64,000 nt of DNA from NCBI RefSeq assembly GCF_001194135.2, contig NC_068981.1, positions 187,172,170-187,236,169 on the forward strand, in the 5' to 3' direction. Under the pieces are notes generated by a model. That model saw only the letters and a program-made list of their open reading frames with translations. It searched no databases and had not been told where the DNA came from. The stretch comes from Octopus bimaculoides (taxonomy: Eukaryota). Made by a program: the position numbers and the translations under genes. Below are positions 51,501 through 63,995 of the stretch, one piece after another (within the stretch, counting starts at the first letter, position 1; every line of letters starts with the position of its first letter).

Positions 51501-51732
51501 TATTTCTTTATTGCCCACAAGGGGCTAAACATAGAGGGGACAAACAAAGACAGACAAAGGGATTAAGTCCATTACATCGACCCAGTGCGTAACTGGTACT
51601 CAATTTATCGACCCCGAAAGGATGAAAGGCAAAGTCGACCTCGGCGGAATTTGAACTCAGAATTTAACAGCAGACGAAATACCGCTAAGGAATTCGCCCG
51701 GGGTGCTAACGTTTCTGCCAGCTCATCGCCTT
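51501..51732 (-). mobile_element. SINE family B, full length, 16-bp TSD
   Basis: aacaacagaccagtct at 51485-51500 and 51733-51748. Confidence 0.88.
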
Positions 51733-51838
51733 AACAACAGACCAGTCTGCGCAACTTTCTAGGTTCTGGGACATTTTTAAAATTCACCCATAGACAAAAA
51801 ACTTTCACAGAGTGAAAAGAAAAAAGAAAAAAACTTAC

Positions 51839-52012
51839 ACTTAAGTCTTTACGAGGAATTCCTAGTTTGGTTTCTAAAGCTGTCGCCCAAATAGTTTCAA
51901 GATCAGCCAGAACAGAAGAAAAAGTTCCACCTGGTCCTTTGTGTATGTTTAGTTGACTGTATCTGATTGGCCAATGTAAATTATAACAATCTGTCGTTCG
52001 AACATATAAAGC
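51839..52012 (-). CDS. ACTR8: ACTR8 exon (ALYVRTTDCYNLHWPIRYSQLNIHKGPGG...GIPRKDLS)
   Basis: 174 nt, AG/GTAAGT; not in the ORF track. Confidence 0.96.
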
Positions 52013-52454
52013 CTGGAAAGATAAAGGTTGAAGTTCACAGAGGAATTTAGGATTATTGGAGATTATTACAAAGCTGCAAAAATAGCAATTGAAAACCCAT
52101 CATCACTGTCTTTAACATCTACTTTTCCATACTTGCATGGGTTAGATGGAGTGCATTGAGGCAGATTTCTTCAGCCAGATGCCATTCCAGTTGCCAACCT
52201 TCCAGTCCCCATTTGTTGACCCTTAAGCTGATTCAATATCCACATGTCCTTCAATCATTTCTTCTCAATCTATTCCCTAAACCACATCACTGGTATGATG
52301 ACGGGTAATATTACACCTAGTCATACTCATTCCACCTTATACAACAGTCTGTATCTTTTAAATCTCTTTCATCAAAATGATTGGGTAATAAGGGATTATA
52401 ACTGATCTGTTAGTGTCTGATACTCCCCTCCATTTACTCTCCCTAATTACACAC

Positions 52455-52576
52455 CATCACTCCCTCATCCTCCTGTAAAGCCATCCATCACTCCCTCATC
52501 CTTCTGTAAAGCCATCCATCACTCCCTCATCCTCCTGTAAAGCCATCCATCACTCCCTCATCCTCCTGTAAAGCCA
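52455..52576. repeat. 31-bp minisatellite, ~4 copies
   Basis: catcactccctcatcctcctgtaaagccatc in tandem. Confidence 0.9.
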
Positions 52577-52735
52577 AACATTACTCCCTTTTCCTCAGGT
52601 TCTTCTTTCCTTGACACCCAGTCTTCCTATAACATTACCACTTGGAATAGCCATTACTCTCTCTTCCCTAACCCTAACCAGTTATCACCACCCTACCTTT
52701 TCCTTCCTCATAGTCACCACCCTTTTCCTCTAGAT

Positions 52736-53014
52736 TAGGGGTTTTAAAACTGTGGTCCGCAAGGACAAGACAGGGGGTCTGTGGACAGCAAATACTTTTT
52801 ATGGGCAATTTGATTTTATATATGTTTTTTAATCGAAATCTTTTAATTGACAATAAACCTATTTGTTAAATACTGTTAAATAAATAAATGTAAAAATATA
52901 TGTTATTTTAAGCAAATATTTATGTATAAATTTCATAAGCATTTATAAGGGGGTCCCTAAGGTAAAGCCTGAAATATAAAGGGGTCCGCAAGTCAAAAAG
53001 TTTGAAAACCCCTG
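52736..53014. mobile_element. hAT (Charlie-like) MITE
   Basis: TIR (t/c)aggggtttt(a/c)aaac, perfect 8-bp TSD ctctagat at 52728-52735 and 53015-53022. Confidence 0.88.
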
Positions 53015-53760
53015 CTCTAGATGATGTTACTAAGATTCATCACACTCTTACCACTAACCATTTCTATGGCAACCCATCACATGTCCTCTCTCTCTTACCA
53101 AAGATGTGACAGATATCAGTGCTTCTCTCCCACTTCCATCTCACTACATTCTACCATTACCGTCCCATTGCTCCCTACCATTATTGTCTCTCTCTCAATT
53201 ATCCCTGCCATTACTGTCTTTTCTTCCTTTACTCCTTATTGCACTGCCTTACCCCACCTCTTGCACTCCATTCTCCCTCTCACCTTCGTACATCTACTGC
53301 AATCACCCTCTCTTCATCTGATGTCATTGCTCTGAATGAACAGAGAAAACAGAGTGATGGGGATCTCTTACTTTGTGGGGTACAATGCAACCTCAATGGA
53401 GATGATGTCAAGATAAAATGCACCCAATATATTCTAAAGTGCATGAGAAATAAATTGAGGTAACACAAGATCAAAGAGACCCTTCAGTCATGTCTTGTTA
53501 CGGACATCACAGCCTCTTTAAATGCTGGTTTCACAATGAAATAACACCCAGTACACTCTGTAAAGTAGATGGCATTAGGGATGACACCCTGCTGTAGAAA
53601 CCATGTCAAAAACAGAACATACAAGTGAAATACAGTTGTCTGACACTTTTAATAGGGCAGTAACTGTGAGTGGGAGCTCTCTTGAGAATGTAATGACCCA
53701 TCCAACTATGCTAGCATGGAAAATGGATAAAGAACAATGATCATGATAGACACATACATA

Positions 53761-54161
53761 CTCTTTTACTTGTTTCAGTCATTTGACTGCGGCCATGCTG
53801 GAGTCGAGCCTTTAGTCGAGCAAATCGACCCCTAGACTTATTCTTTGGATGCCTAGTACTTATTCTATCGGTCTCTTTTGCCGAACCGCTAAGTTACAGG
53901 GACATAAACACACCAGCATCGGTTGTCAAGCGATGTTGGGGGGACAAACACAGACATACAAACATATACACATACATACATATATATGCATATATACGAC
54001 GGGCTTCTTTCAGTTTCCGTCTACCAAATCCACTCACAAGGCTTTGGTCAGCCCAAGGCTATAGTAGAAGACACTTGCCCAATGTGCCACGCAGTGGGAA
54101 TGAACCCGGAACCATGTGGATGGTAAGCAAGCTACTTACCACACAGCCACTCCTGCGCCTA
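53761..54161 (-). mobile_element. SINE family A, full length
   Basis: Matches the other family A copies. Confidence 0.85.
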
Positions 54162-54588
54162 TTGTAAATATATATGGATTGGATTCAGTCCACTGTAGGA
54201 CGAAGGCATCAGCATGTTCTTCCCATCAACCACAGTCTGGTGTGGAGGCCATGAATTTGAGCTTGAGATCATACTAATTTGGTGAGCCTACTCTGCCACA
54301 CTGGCTTCACATGGCTTGGCAGAAGTATGCAGTTTTTATACTCTTACCGAGAAGTAGTTAAGTCAATAACATCAACCCCAGTGCTGAGCTGGCATTTATT
54401 TTATCAACCTTGAAAGGATGAAAGCCAAAGTTGACCACAGAATGTAAGGCAGGACAAAATACTGCTAAGCATTTCACCTGATATATTATATGGGGCCAGG
54501 GGGGTAACTGGTGACAGCATTTAACTGCAGATTTCATGAGAGGACCTATATTGCATTTATAAAAATACATAAGTATGTCGTTGCTTAC

Positions 54589-54693
54589 TTCTTCCCCAAT
54601 CAAGAACTCAGGTTTATCAATTGTACTGGTCCAATTCAATGAAGAATGTGTATCAGTCCATTCGCCTAAAACACAGCTGTTGTAAGTTGCAAG
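54589..54693 (-). CDS. ACTR8: ACTR8 exon (LATYNSCVLGEWTDTHSSLNWTSTIDKPEFLIGEE)
   Basis: 105 nt, AG/GTAAGC; PE(F/Y)L(I/V)GEE motif. Confidence 0.94.
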
Positions 54694-55042
54694 CTGAAAA
54701 ACAAAATAGAAGTATCATATTACCAGACAATCAACGGAAACAATGATAAAGACACAGGGAATTGTCAGTCAGAATAATGGTAGTCCGTTCGTTGCCAGTA
54801 CCGCTGGACTGGCTCCTGTGCAGGTGGCACGTAAAATACACCATTTTGAGCGTGGCCGTTGCCAGTACCTCCTGACTGGCCTTTGTGCCGGTGGCACGTA
54901 ATAGCACCCACTACACTCTCAGAGTGGTTGGCGTGAGGAAGGGCATCCAGCTGTAGAAACTGCCAAAACAGATTGGAGCCTGGTGTAGCTATCTGGTTCA
55001 CCAGTCCTCAGTCAAATCGTCCAACCCATGCTAGCATGGAAA

Positions 55043-56031
55043 NNNNNNNNNNNNNNNNNNNNNNNNNNNNNNNNNNNNNNNNNNNNNNNNNNNNNNNNNN
55101 NNNNNNNNNNNNNNNNNNNNNNNNNNNNNNNNNNNNNNNNNNNNNNNNNNNNNNNNNNNNNNNNNNNNNNNNNNNNNNNNNNNNNNNNNNNNNNNNNNNN
55201 NNNNNNNNNNNNNNNNNNNNNNNNNNNNNNNNNNNNNNNNNNNNNNNNNNNNNNNNNNNNNNNNNNNNNNNNNNNNNNNNNNNNNNNNNNNNNNNNNNNN
55301 NNNNNNNNNNNNNNNNNNNNNNNNNNNNNNNNNNNNNNNNNNNNNNNNNNNNNNNNNNNNNNNNNNNNNNNNNNNNNNNNNNNNNNNNNNNNNNNNNNNN
55401 NNNNNNNNNNNNNNNNNNNNNNNNNNNNNNNNNNNNNNNNNNNNNNNNNNNNNNNNNNNNNNNNNNNNNNNNNNNNNNNNNNNNNNNNNNNNNNNNNNNN
55501 NNNNNNNNNNNNNNNNNNNNNNNNNNNNNNNNNNNNNNNNNNNNNNNNNNNNNNNNNNNNNNNNNNNNNNNNNNNNNNNNNNNNNNNNNNNNNNNNNNNN
55601 NNNNNNNNNNNNNNNNNNNNNNNNNNNNNNNNNNNNNNNNNNNNNNNNNNNNNNNNNNNNNNNNNNNNNNNNNNNNNNNNNNNNNNNNNNNNNNNNNNNN
55701 NNNNNNNNNNNNNNNNNNNNNNNNNNNNNNNNNNNNNNNNNNNNNNNNNNNNNNNNNNNNNNNNNNNNNNNNNNNNNNNNNNNNNNNNNNNNNNNNNNNN
55801 NNNNNNNNNNNNNNNNNNNNNNNNNNNNNNNNNNNNNNNNNNNNNNNNNNNNNNNNNNNNNNNNNNNNNNNNNNNNNNNNNNNNNNNNNNNNNNNNNNNN
55901 NNNNNNNNNNNNNNNNNNNNNNNNNNNNNNNNNNNNNNNNNNNNNNNNNNNNNNNNNNNNNNNNNNNNNNNNNNNNNNNNNNNNNNNNNNNNNNNNNNNN
56001 NNNNNNNNNNNNNNNNNNNNNNNNNNNNNNN
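55043..56031. other. Assembly gap (N)
   Basis: Run of N after an RTE-tail repeat; no ACTR8 coding exon appears to be missing. Confidence 1.
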
Positions 56032-57192
56032 AACCTTTTCTTCAATTGTGTTCCAGAAATCACATTAATATGTCAATAAATTAAAAAGTTTCAGTTGTTT
56101 AATGAAACCAGTCTAAATTCATGATTATTTAAAAATTTAATTGAAAGTCATTACTTAGATATATAGTAAAGAAAGGGTTAAAGGGTTAGGAAAAGGGTCA
56201 GAGATATAATAATTTCTCACTCAGGAATAGAAAAAAAAAAAAAGATAAAACTAATGTTTTGTTATTTCCATTATACTTCAGACTTCCAAAATAACAAAAG
56301 GTGCAAGTATGGGTTCGTGTAAGAAATTTGGTTTCCCAACCACATGATTCTGGGTGGGTTCGTTTGCACTGTATGGTACCTTGGGCAAGTGTGCTCTGCT
56401 ACAGCCTCAGCTGACCAAAATCTTGTGAATGAATTTGGTAGATGGAAACTGAAAGAAACTCAATGTTTATATCTATCAGTGTGCGTGTGTGGTGTGTGTC
56501 AGTATCTCCTTGTCTTAACATCACATGATAGTTGTAAATGTGTGTGACCAACACGCCAGTAACATCCATTTCCAATCTTTCACAAAAACTTGTCAGAGAA
56601 ATATTGGTGTTACTTTGGTATGCGATCTACATGTCATAAAACTGCTTTGGTATGCAATCTACACTTTATATTGTGATTTACAAGAAAAGTTACGAGAAAA
56701 AACTCTGTTGATCTATTTCTTACTTTTCTCGCTGTTCATTTGATTCATCAATAAAATTAGTAAACTTGTTTCAAATTTGCATCATTCTAATTTCTTTTTA
56801 ATAATAATTGTATAAAATGTATAAAAAATTTAATTATCTATTTTTTACTCTTCTAGCTGATGTTCATTCGATTTGCCCATCGTTTTAATTTTTTTAAATA
56901 GATGTATAAAAATGTAATAATGTTTTATTTAAGCCATAATAAATAAATGAAACATGTAGCTCACATACTAAAGTAGAATTTGACTCTTGTAGATCATGTT
57001 GGTTACGTAGATCGCATTTCAAAATAGCACTGAAATATTTACCATGTTTGGAAACAGGCAAGAGTTGGCAACAGGAGGGCCATCTAGCTACAGAAAATAT
57101 ACTGCAACAAATTCCATATGGACCTTGGGAGTTTGGAAAATTGGATGCCAAAAGACTGAAGAGTATCAAAAGTTCTACGTCTATAGCATTAC

Positions 57193-57303
57193 CTGTTTTT
57201 GGGAAGTTGCTGATCGATACTCTCCAAGATTATTTGGCCAGCTAAGTAATGCTTCCTCTGCTTGTTTCAACCCACGCCGCTGCTGTAGTTTGGCTTCAGC
57301 ATG
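57193..57303 (-). CDS. ACTR8: ACTR8 exon (HAEAKLQQRRGLKQAEEALLSWPNNLGEYRSATSQKQ)
   Basis: 111 nt, phase 0-0, AG/GTAATG; aligns positionally with Arp8 (QRQNGLK..DQAI). Confidence 0.88.
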
Positions 57304-57604
57304 CTGAGAATAAAGGATTAGAAACACAGAAATAATATTCAATGTACAAGAGTTCAGTGCAGCAGTAATTCAATGAACTGGATTTATTTTGGGGACTCAA
57401 ATAATATCAAATGAGGTTAGCCAAGCATTTTCCTTTGCATTTATCACTTTGTGACACGTCTTGACATGTTGTGCACTCTTTGTAAACAAGGGCTCTTTAA
57501 ACAGTGCTTTTTGCTTTCAGTTCCCCACATAAAACATGTCCAGGCTGTCAGTTGTTCCATAGAATGGGAGATTATTACCTCACTCGGAAACAAGATGAAG
57601 TTAA

Positions 57605-57821
57605 CCTTTTCGTTACTGTATTTATTTCGAGATGCTCTGTGTTTCTTTCAATGTTAAATACAACAAAGGATTTAGTAAAATAACTTAGTTATCATTAAGC
57701 TAGTGTTAGGAACATAAATTGTGACTAAGGTTTGGTGGAAGGTTTTAATTCAAAATCTATGAAAATAAGACATTTGTACTCAGAGCCAGAGGCAGTTTCA
57801 GCTGGGTTGGTAACGAAAGGG
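57605..57821. mobile_element. piggyBac-like MITE (related copy ~28991-29195)
   Basis: TIR cc(t/c)tttcgttac / gtaacgaaaggg, TTAA at 57601-57604 and 57822-57825. Confidence 0.8.
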
Positions 57822-58296
57822 TTAAAGACAGGAAGCACATCTGACTGTAAGAAATCTCTGCTTCAATGTACTCACATCGGATCCAAGTGAGTATGGAAAA
57901 GCAAATATTAAAACATTGGCAATGATGATGATGATGATGATGAATCTGGAGGAAGGAGCAATGCACATGGCATCTGCAGGCCCTTTGAGGCTGGTGAGAT
58001 TGATGCCATTAACCCTTTAGCATTCAGATTACTCTATCAAATTTAATGCTTATTCATTTGCATTGTTTTGAATTGATCTTGCATTACTTTGTAAGTTCAA
58101 GATTTTGATGACATGATTATAATGCCAACCAGGTTATAAGCTCTGCAGATGAATTGACCTGCATATCCTCTGCATCCCACTCCAATGGGATCATGCTTTG
58201 TTTGCCACCAACTGCTTTGGCATAGCTCCACCAGCACAGCATATTCCTTTCTCTTACTCTCATTATTATCAAAGAAAGAGAAACAAAACAATATAC

Positions 58297-58467
58297 CTGA
58301 CACTCTTTCTTAACTAGCCACGGATCTTCATATCTTTTCTGACCAGGAACCTTATGTCTGCGGGCAATACAGTGTGGTATTGAGACAGGAAGGGAATCTG
58401 ATGCTCGTCCAATTCGAAGATTCTGTGATCCAGGGTGAATCACAATAATGTGATTTACTTGAATGGG
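58297..58467 (-). CDS. ACTR8: ACTR8 exon (PIQVNHIIVIHPGSQNLRIGRASDSLPVSIPHCIARRHK...KKECQ)
   Basis: 171 nt, AG/GTATAT; IVIHPGS..LRIGRA.D motif diagnostic of Arp8. Confidence 0.97.
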
Positions 58468-58577
58468 CTGCAAAGGTAAAAATAACATGTAACACCATCA
58501 AGAGACTCAAACATCAACATCAAAATTTTTGGGGTCAATTAAACTCATCTTTGGAGGTGAAAAATATTTTATTAAGT

Positions 58578-58735
58578 AAGGAATGGCTGTGTGGTAAGTA
58601 GCTTGCTTACCAACCACATGGTTCCAGGTTCAGTCCCACTGAGTGGCACATTGGGCAAATGTCTTCTACTATAGCCTTGGGCTGACCAAAACCTTGTGAG
58701 TGGATTTGGCAGATGGAAACTGAAAGAAGCTAGTC

Positions 58736-58822
<87 letters not shown>

Positions 58823-59030
58823 TATCTATGTGTTTATGTTTGTTTGTCCTCACACCATTGCTTGACAACCAATGTTGGTGTGTTGACGTCCCCGTAGCTT
58901 AGCGGTTCAGCAAAAGAGGCCGATAGAAAAAGCACTAGGCTTACAAAGAATAAGTCCTGGGGTAGATTTGTTCGACTAAAGGCAGATCTCCAGCATGGCC
59001 ACAGTCAAGAAGAATGAAACAAATAAAAGA
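58578..59030 (+). mobile_element. SINE family A with expanded (TA)n
   Basis: Family A head and tail around an ~80-bp (TA)n tract. Confidence 0.85.
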
Positions 59031-59347
59031 ATCGACAAATTTAAAAACACCCAGTACACCTTGTAAAGTAGTTGGCATTTGGAAGGGCATCTCGCCATAG
59101 AAACCATGCTAATGCAGACATTGGCGTATGCTGCAATCCTCCAACTTGTCAGATCCTGTCAAACCATCCAATTGATTCCAGAATGTTAGTTGTACATTAA
59201 ATGAAGAAAATGACAATAAAAATGATATATGTGAGAGAGAGAGAGAGAGACACACATACACACACAAATTGAGCAACCTGTTCCTGGTTAATTACTTATT
59301 TTGTTAATGCTTACAAAAATATGTAATTCTAAAAGAAGTTTACTCAC

Positions 59348-59757
59348 CTCAAGATATGGAAGAGATTGAGGATATAACCTCTTGCCTGCTGTAGGAGCCA
59401 TCAGTGGCCTCTTTTGTAAAATTTCCCCAATTTTGCTGGCTGACTTAGGAAGAGGCTCAAGTTTTGGCTTGAGGCTATCTTTATCCAGTTCCCTTGCTGG
59501 ATTGGAAGATGCTTCCTGTGAAGATTCCGGTTTGATAGAATCTTCCAAGGAATCTAAGCCTTTGCATCTTCGTCCTTCTGGGATGTAGTCGTTACTGCAA
59601 CACTCATCATTGAAGTTGCAGTTTTTCTGTAACTTATTCAGGGTGGGTTTCTGTGGTGACAAGTCAAGACAAGGGAAGTCAGTCAGCTTGGAAGGTTCAA
59701 AAGAAGTACAGGGGTAACTGTTATCAGAATTCAGACAATCATTGAAGGGATCCAGTA
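59348..59757 (-). CDS. ACTR8: ACTR8 5' exon; first in-frame Met at 59401 (MAPTAGKRLYPQSLPYLE), upstream 118 codons also open
   Basis: Strong acceptor ttttttatttattttctAG (59759-59758), GAG/GTGAGT donor in phase with the next exon; coding status upstream of 59401 is uncertain. Confidence 0.75.
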
Positions 59758-60407
59758 CTAGAAAATAAAATAAAAACAATTATTGCATGTATCTATATGT
59801 AACAGACCCATCACCAGACTTTGGTGCCTGGGCAGTGGTAATGGTGGTGGAGGGGAAGGCGGCGAAGTCAAAGGTATTGATGGTGGTGGCATGAGAAGTT
59901 TGAATGGTGTGTATATTTCAGTTGTCATGACAATGGTGGTACTGGCGATGGTGATGGTTGAAAACAATCAACAGAAAGAGAGAGAGAAAGAAAGGGGTTA
60001 GACAGATAAAAAAAAAATTGTACTGACCCCTGAATGGGAAGACAAAAAAATGTTATTTATCATGCACCTTTGCAAGAAGTTGCAATTTGACCAATTATAT
60101 CATTTTGATAAAAATTGTTCATTACTTGAAAAATATTGGTCAAGTTTAATAAAATTTAATATGTACTCAATGCATGAAGTATCATTGTTGGGCCCAAGGC
60201 CCAATGAAGAGCCCTCCACAGGAGCTAGCTTAAAAGCTAGTTTGTACAGGCTTTGTCGATTCGATGGTGGGAGTGTGCTTATGTCTACACAAACATTTGA
60301 TCACTATAAACAAATCATTTGTGTGGTTGTTCGATAAGAAATTGTCAAATCCTCATACGTCATCTAATGATTGGAGAGTCTATAATTTTTATTTATGTAT
60401 GTATATA

Positions 60408-60443
<36 letters not shown>

Positions 60444-60919
60444 CATACATACATATATATATATATATATTTGTATAGGTCACACACATTACTTGGGATT
60501 ATTTTCTAGTTCACTAGTGCATGTGTCTGTATATATTACTGAGAGGAGCTGGCAGGATTATTATTAGCATATCAGACAAAATGTTTAGAGGCATTTTGCC
60601 CATCTTTACGTCCTGAGCTCAAACACTGCCGAGGTAGACTTTGTCATTCATTCTTTAGGATAAGTAAAATAAAGTCCCAGTATAGTACTGGGATCAAAGC
60701 TTCTAAAATTTTGAGGCCTTGTGTCTATAATAGAAAGAACTATTATAATTAATATTAATAAAATTATTATATTTCTATCAAAACCAATTGAGCAATTGAT
60801 TTCAGCATATTCTGATTATTTGCCAAGATTTTTCTCAACTTCAGAGTACGAAGCTGATTGGTAAATTTAATTATATGAGAATATAATATTGCATTTCATT
60901 AATAATATGTCCACTCTAA

Positions 60920-61135
60920 GGTGGCGAGCTGACAGAAACGTTAGCATGCCAGGTGAAGTGCTTAGTAGTATTTCGTCTGTCTTTACATTCTGAGTTCAAA
61001 TTCTGCCGAGGTCAACTTTGCCTTTCATCTTTTTGTTGGGTCGACAAAGTACCATTTGTGTACTGGAGTTGATCTAATCGACTGGCCTCCCCCTCCCCAC
61101 CAAATTTCGGGCCTTGTACCTAGAATAGAAAAGAA
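60920..61135 (+). mobile_element. SINE family B
   Basis: Head and core match the other family B copies. Confidence 0.75.
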
Positions 61136-61899
61136 TAAAATGTTTTGAATGACACAACAATGCACTATAATACATACAATGGACTATAATAACTTGTAAT
61201 TTAATCGTCCATAGTCTGCTATGATATATCGGAATAAAAATTCCTTCTTCAGATATCCCTAGGAATTGATGGAGTTGTCTACTCTACCAACAAATACGAG
61301 TGCTTGTTTTTTATAACTCATGAACTGTTAAACAATTATATATATCATCATCATCATTTAACGTCCTCTTTCCATGCTGGCATGGGTTGAACGGTTTGAC
61401 AAGGAGCTGAAAAGCAGGGAGCTGTCAAGATTCCAACTGTCTGTTGTGTCATGATTTCTACAGCTGGATGTCTTTCCTAATGTTGTTGTTTGTTCCTTTT
61501 TGAGCCATGCCTGGCTCATAAGGGCCAGTTTCCCGGTTTCGTTGGCGTACAGGTTCCCCACCGGTCCATCTCAGGTAAGCTGCTAGATGCAGGAGGAAAG
61601 AGTGAGAGAAAATTGTGGAAAAAGAGTCAACAGAAGTTCGCTTAGGTGTTTCGCGCATAAAGACACATACTGCCCGGTCTGAGATTCAAACCCGCGGCCC
61701 CTCAACTACAAGTCTGCTGCTCTAACCACTAGGCCATGTGCCTCCACGTCCTTCCTAATGCCAACCACTTAACAGAGTGTGCATAATGGTTTTCACCTGC
61801 CACAGGCACTAGTGCATTCACATAGCACCTGCACAGGTGTGTTAACACAGCACCAGCACAGGTGCTTTTTAAGTGGTACTGGCACCTGAAAGGACAACC

Positions 61900-62165
61900 C
61901 TGTATGCATGGAAGACAGTGGTTTTACTTAGCTTGAAGTATCTTATCAACTACAGCAAATCACCACATCTCCCAGTCCCTTGTCATTTCCTCAATGAGGC
62001 TCAGTGTCCGAAGATCCTTTCTCACCACTTCGTCTTAGGTTTTCCTGGGTCTACACTTTCCACAGGTACCCTTCACAATTAGAGCTCGGCACTTCTTTAT
62101 GCTGCTGTCCTCATACATACGCATCATATGACCAAACCAGCGCAGTTTTCTCTCTTGCACACAAT
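61900..62165 (-). mobile_element. Decayed RTE LINE RT C-terminal fragment
   Basis: VQERKLRWFGHMMRMYEDSSIKKCRALIVKGTCGKCRPRKT (R.LRWFGH..R...GRPRKTW-like motif). Confidence 0.85.
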
Positions 62166-62458
62166 ACACACACATATATATATATACATATGGCAACCCT
62201 TCGGTATTGGTACACGCCATTCAACCAACAGGACCTTCCCTCATGACATAGATAAAGAGGCTAGAATCAAGAAAATGGGTGAATAACGACGTCTATTCAC
62301 TGTCACTCTCTAGACCAATACCGAAGGAATGTCAAATAGATGTGTGTGTGTGTGTGTACAAACGAACAAAAGTATATATATTGAGCTAAGTCAACCTGCT
62401 AATGGATACAACTCTAACTATGCATTCAGTACTACTTCAATTCGATAGTATACTCACA

Positions 62459-62529
<71 letters not shown>

Positions 62530-62574
62530 GTATGTATATGTATACACACACACACACACATTATATATATATAT

Positions 62575-63567
62575 NNNNNNNNNNNNNNNNNNNNNNNNNN
62601 NNNNNNNNNNNNNNNNNNNNNNNNNNNNNNNNNNNNNNNNNNNNNNNNNNNNNNNNNNNNNNNNNNNNNNNNNNNNNNNNNNNNNNNNNNNNNNNNNNNN
62701 NNNNNNNNNNNNNNNNNNNNNNNNNNNNNNNNNNNNNNNNNNNNNNNNNNNNNNNNNNNNNNNNNNNNNNNNNNNNNNNNNNNNNNNNNNNNNNNNNNNN
62801 NNNNNNNNNNNNNNNNNNNNNNNNNNNNNNNNNNNNNNNNNNNNNNNNNNNNNNNNNNNNNNNNNNNNNNNNNNNNNNNNNNNNNNNNNNNNNNNNNNNN
62901 NNNNNNNNNNNNNNNNNNNNNNNNNNNNNNNNNNNNNNNNNNNNNNNNNNNNNNNNNNNNNNNNNNNNNNNNNNNNNNNNNNNNNNNNNNNNNNNNNNNN
63001 NNNNNNNNNNNNNNNNNNNNNNNNNNNNNNNNNNNNNNNNNNNNNNNNNNNNNNNNNNNNNNNNNNNNNNNNNNNNNNNNNNNNNNNNNNNNNNNNNNNN
63101 NNNNNNNNNNNNNNNNNNNNNNNNNNNNNNNNNNNNNNNNNNNNNNNNNNNNNNNNNNNNNNNNNNNNNNNNNNNNNNNNNNNNNNNNNNNNNNNNNNNN
63201 NNNNNNNNNNNNNNNNNNNNNNNNNNNNNNNNNNNNNNNNNNNNNNNNNNNNNNNNNNNNNNNNNNNNNNNNNNNNNNNNNNNNNNNNNNNNNNNNNNNN
63301 NNNNNNNNNNNNNNNNNNNNNNNNNNNNNNNNNNNNNNNNNNNNNNNNNNNNNNNNNNNNNNNNNNNNNNNNNNNNNNNNNNNNNNNNNNNNNNNNNNNN
63401 NNNNNNNNNNNNNNNNNNNNNNNNNNNNNNNNNNNNNNNNNNNNNNNNNNNNNNNNNNNNNNNNNNNNNNNNNNNNNNNNNNNNNNNNNNNNNNNNNNNN
63501 NNNNNNNNNNNNNNNNNNNNNNNNNNNNNNNNNNNNNNNNNNNNNNNNNNNNNNNNNNNNNNNNNNN
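62575..63567. other. Assembly gap (N)
   Basis: Run of N; could hide an upstream ACTR8 exon. Confidence 1.
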
Positions 63568-63886
63568 TCAGCCATTTTTTGAAAGGAAATAATAATTTTA
63601 TCACCGATAGAATTGTTTCAGAATCGTTTGTTTATGTAGTCGGCACTTAATGTATATCGGCTGAATGGATGTCAGTGATTGGTTGAAATTACAGAAATAC
63701 GACAACTTGAACATGGAATAACTTAGGGATTTCTTTTTTTTTTTTAAGAAGACTAAGAGAAAAAGATGTTTTATATGACACATTCTACCAATGTTCCAAG
63801 TTTCAAAGTGTTTCGTTAAGAAAATACTGTGGCCCCCGTTTTAAAATAGATCCATAATGACTTGATGAGAGCGGGACAGCGCAGAC

Positions 63887-63995
63887 TAGGGCGAAGGTAA
63901 AGAATGTGCACATCCGGTGTTTAGGGTTAGAATTTAGGTTTAGGGTTTTTGTTACGCCGAAAACGAGTGGTGTGCGTGTCCTTTACCTCCGCCTA
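63887..63995. mobile_element. ~110-bp MITE-like element with imperfect TIRs, TA ends and internal telomere-like repeats
   Basis: tagggcgaaggtaaagaatgtgcac vs reverse complement taggcggaggtaaaggacacgcac; internal tttagggttagaatttaggtttagggtt. Confidence 0.55.

Noticed and set aside
52666-52679. ccctaaccctaacc as a telomerase RNA template
   Set aside because: It is embedded in C/T-rich low-complexity DNA with no pseudoknot or H/ACA domain evident.
53280-53474. ORF inside an ACTR8 intron
   Set aside because: The ACTR8 CDS is complete and in phase without it, and it has no homology; it lies in a purine/pyrimidine-biased tract.
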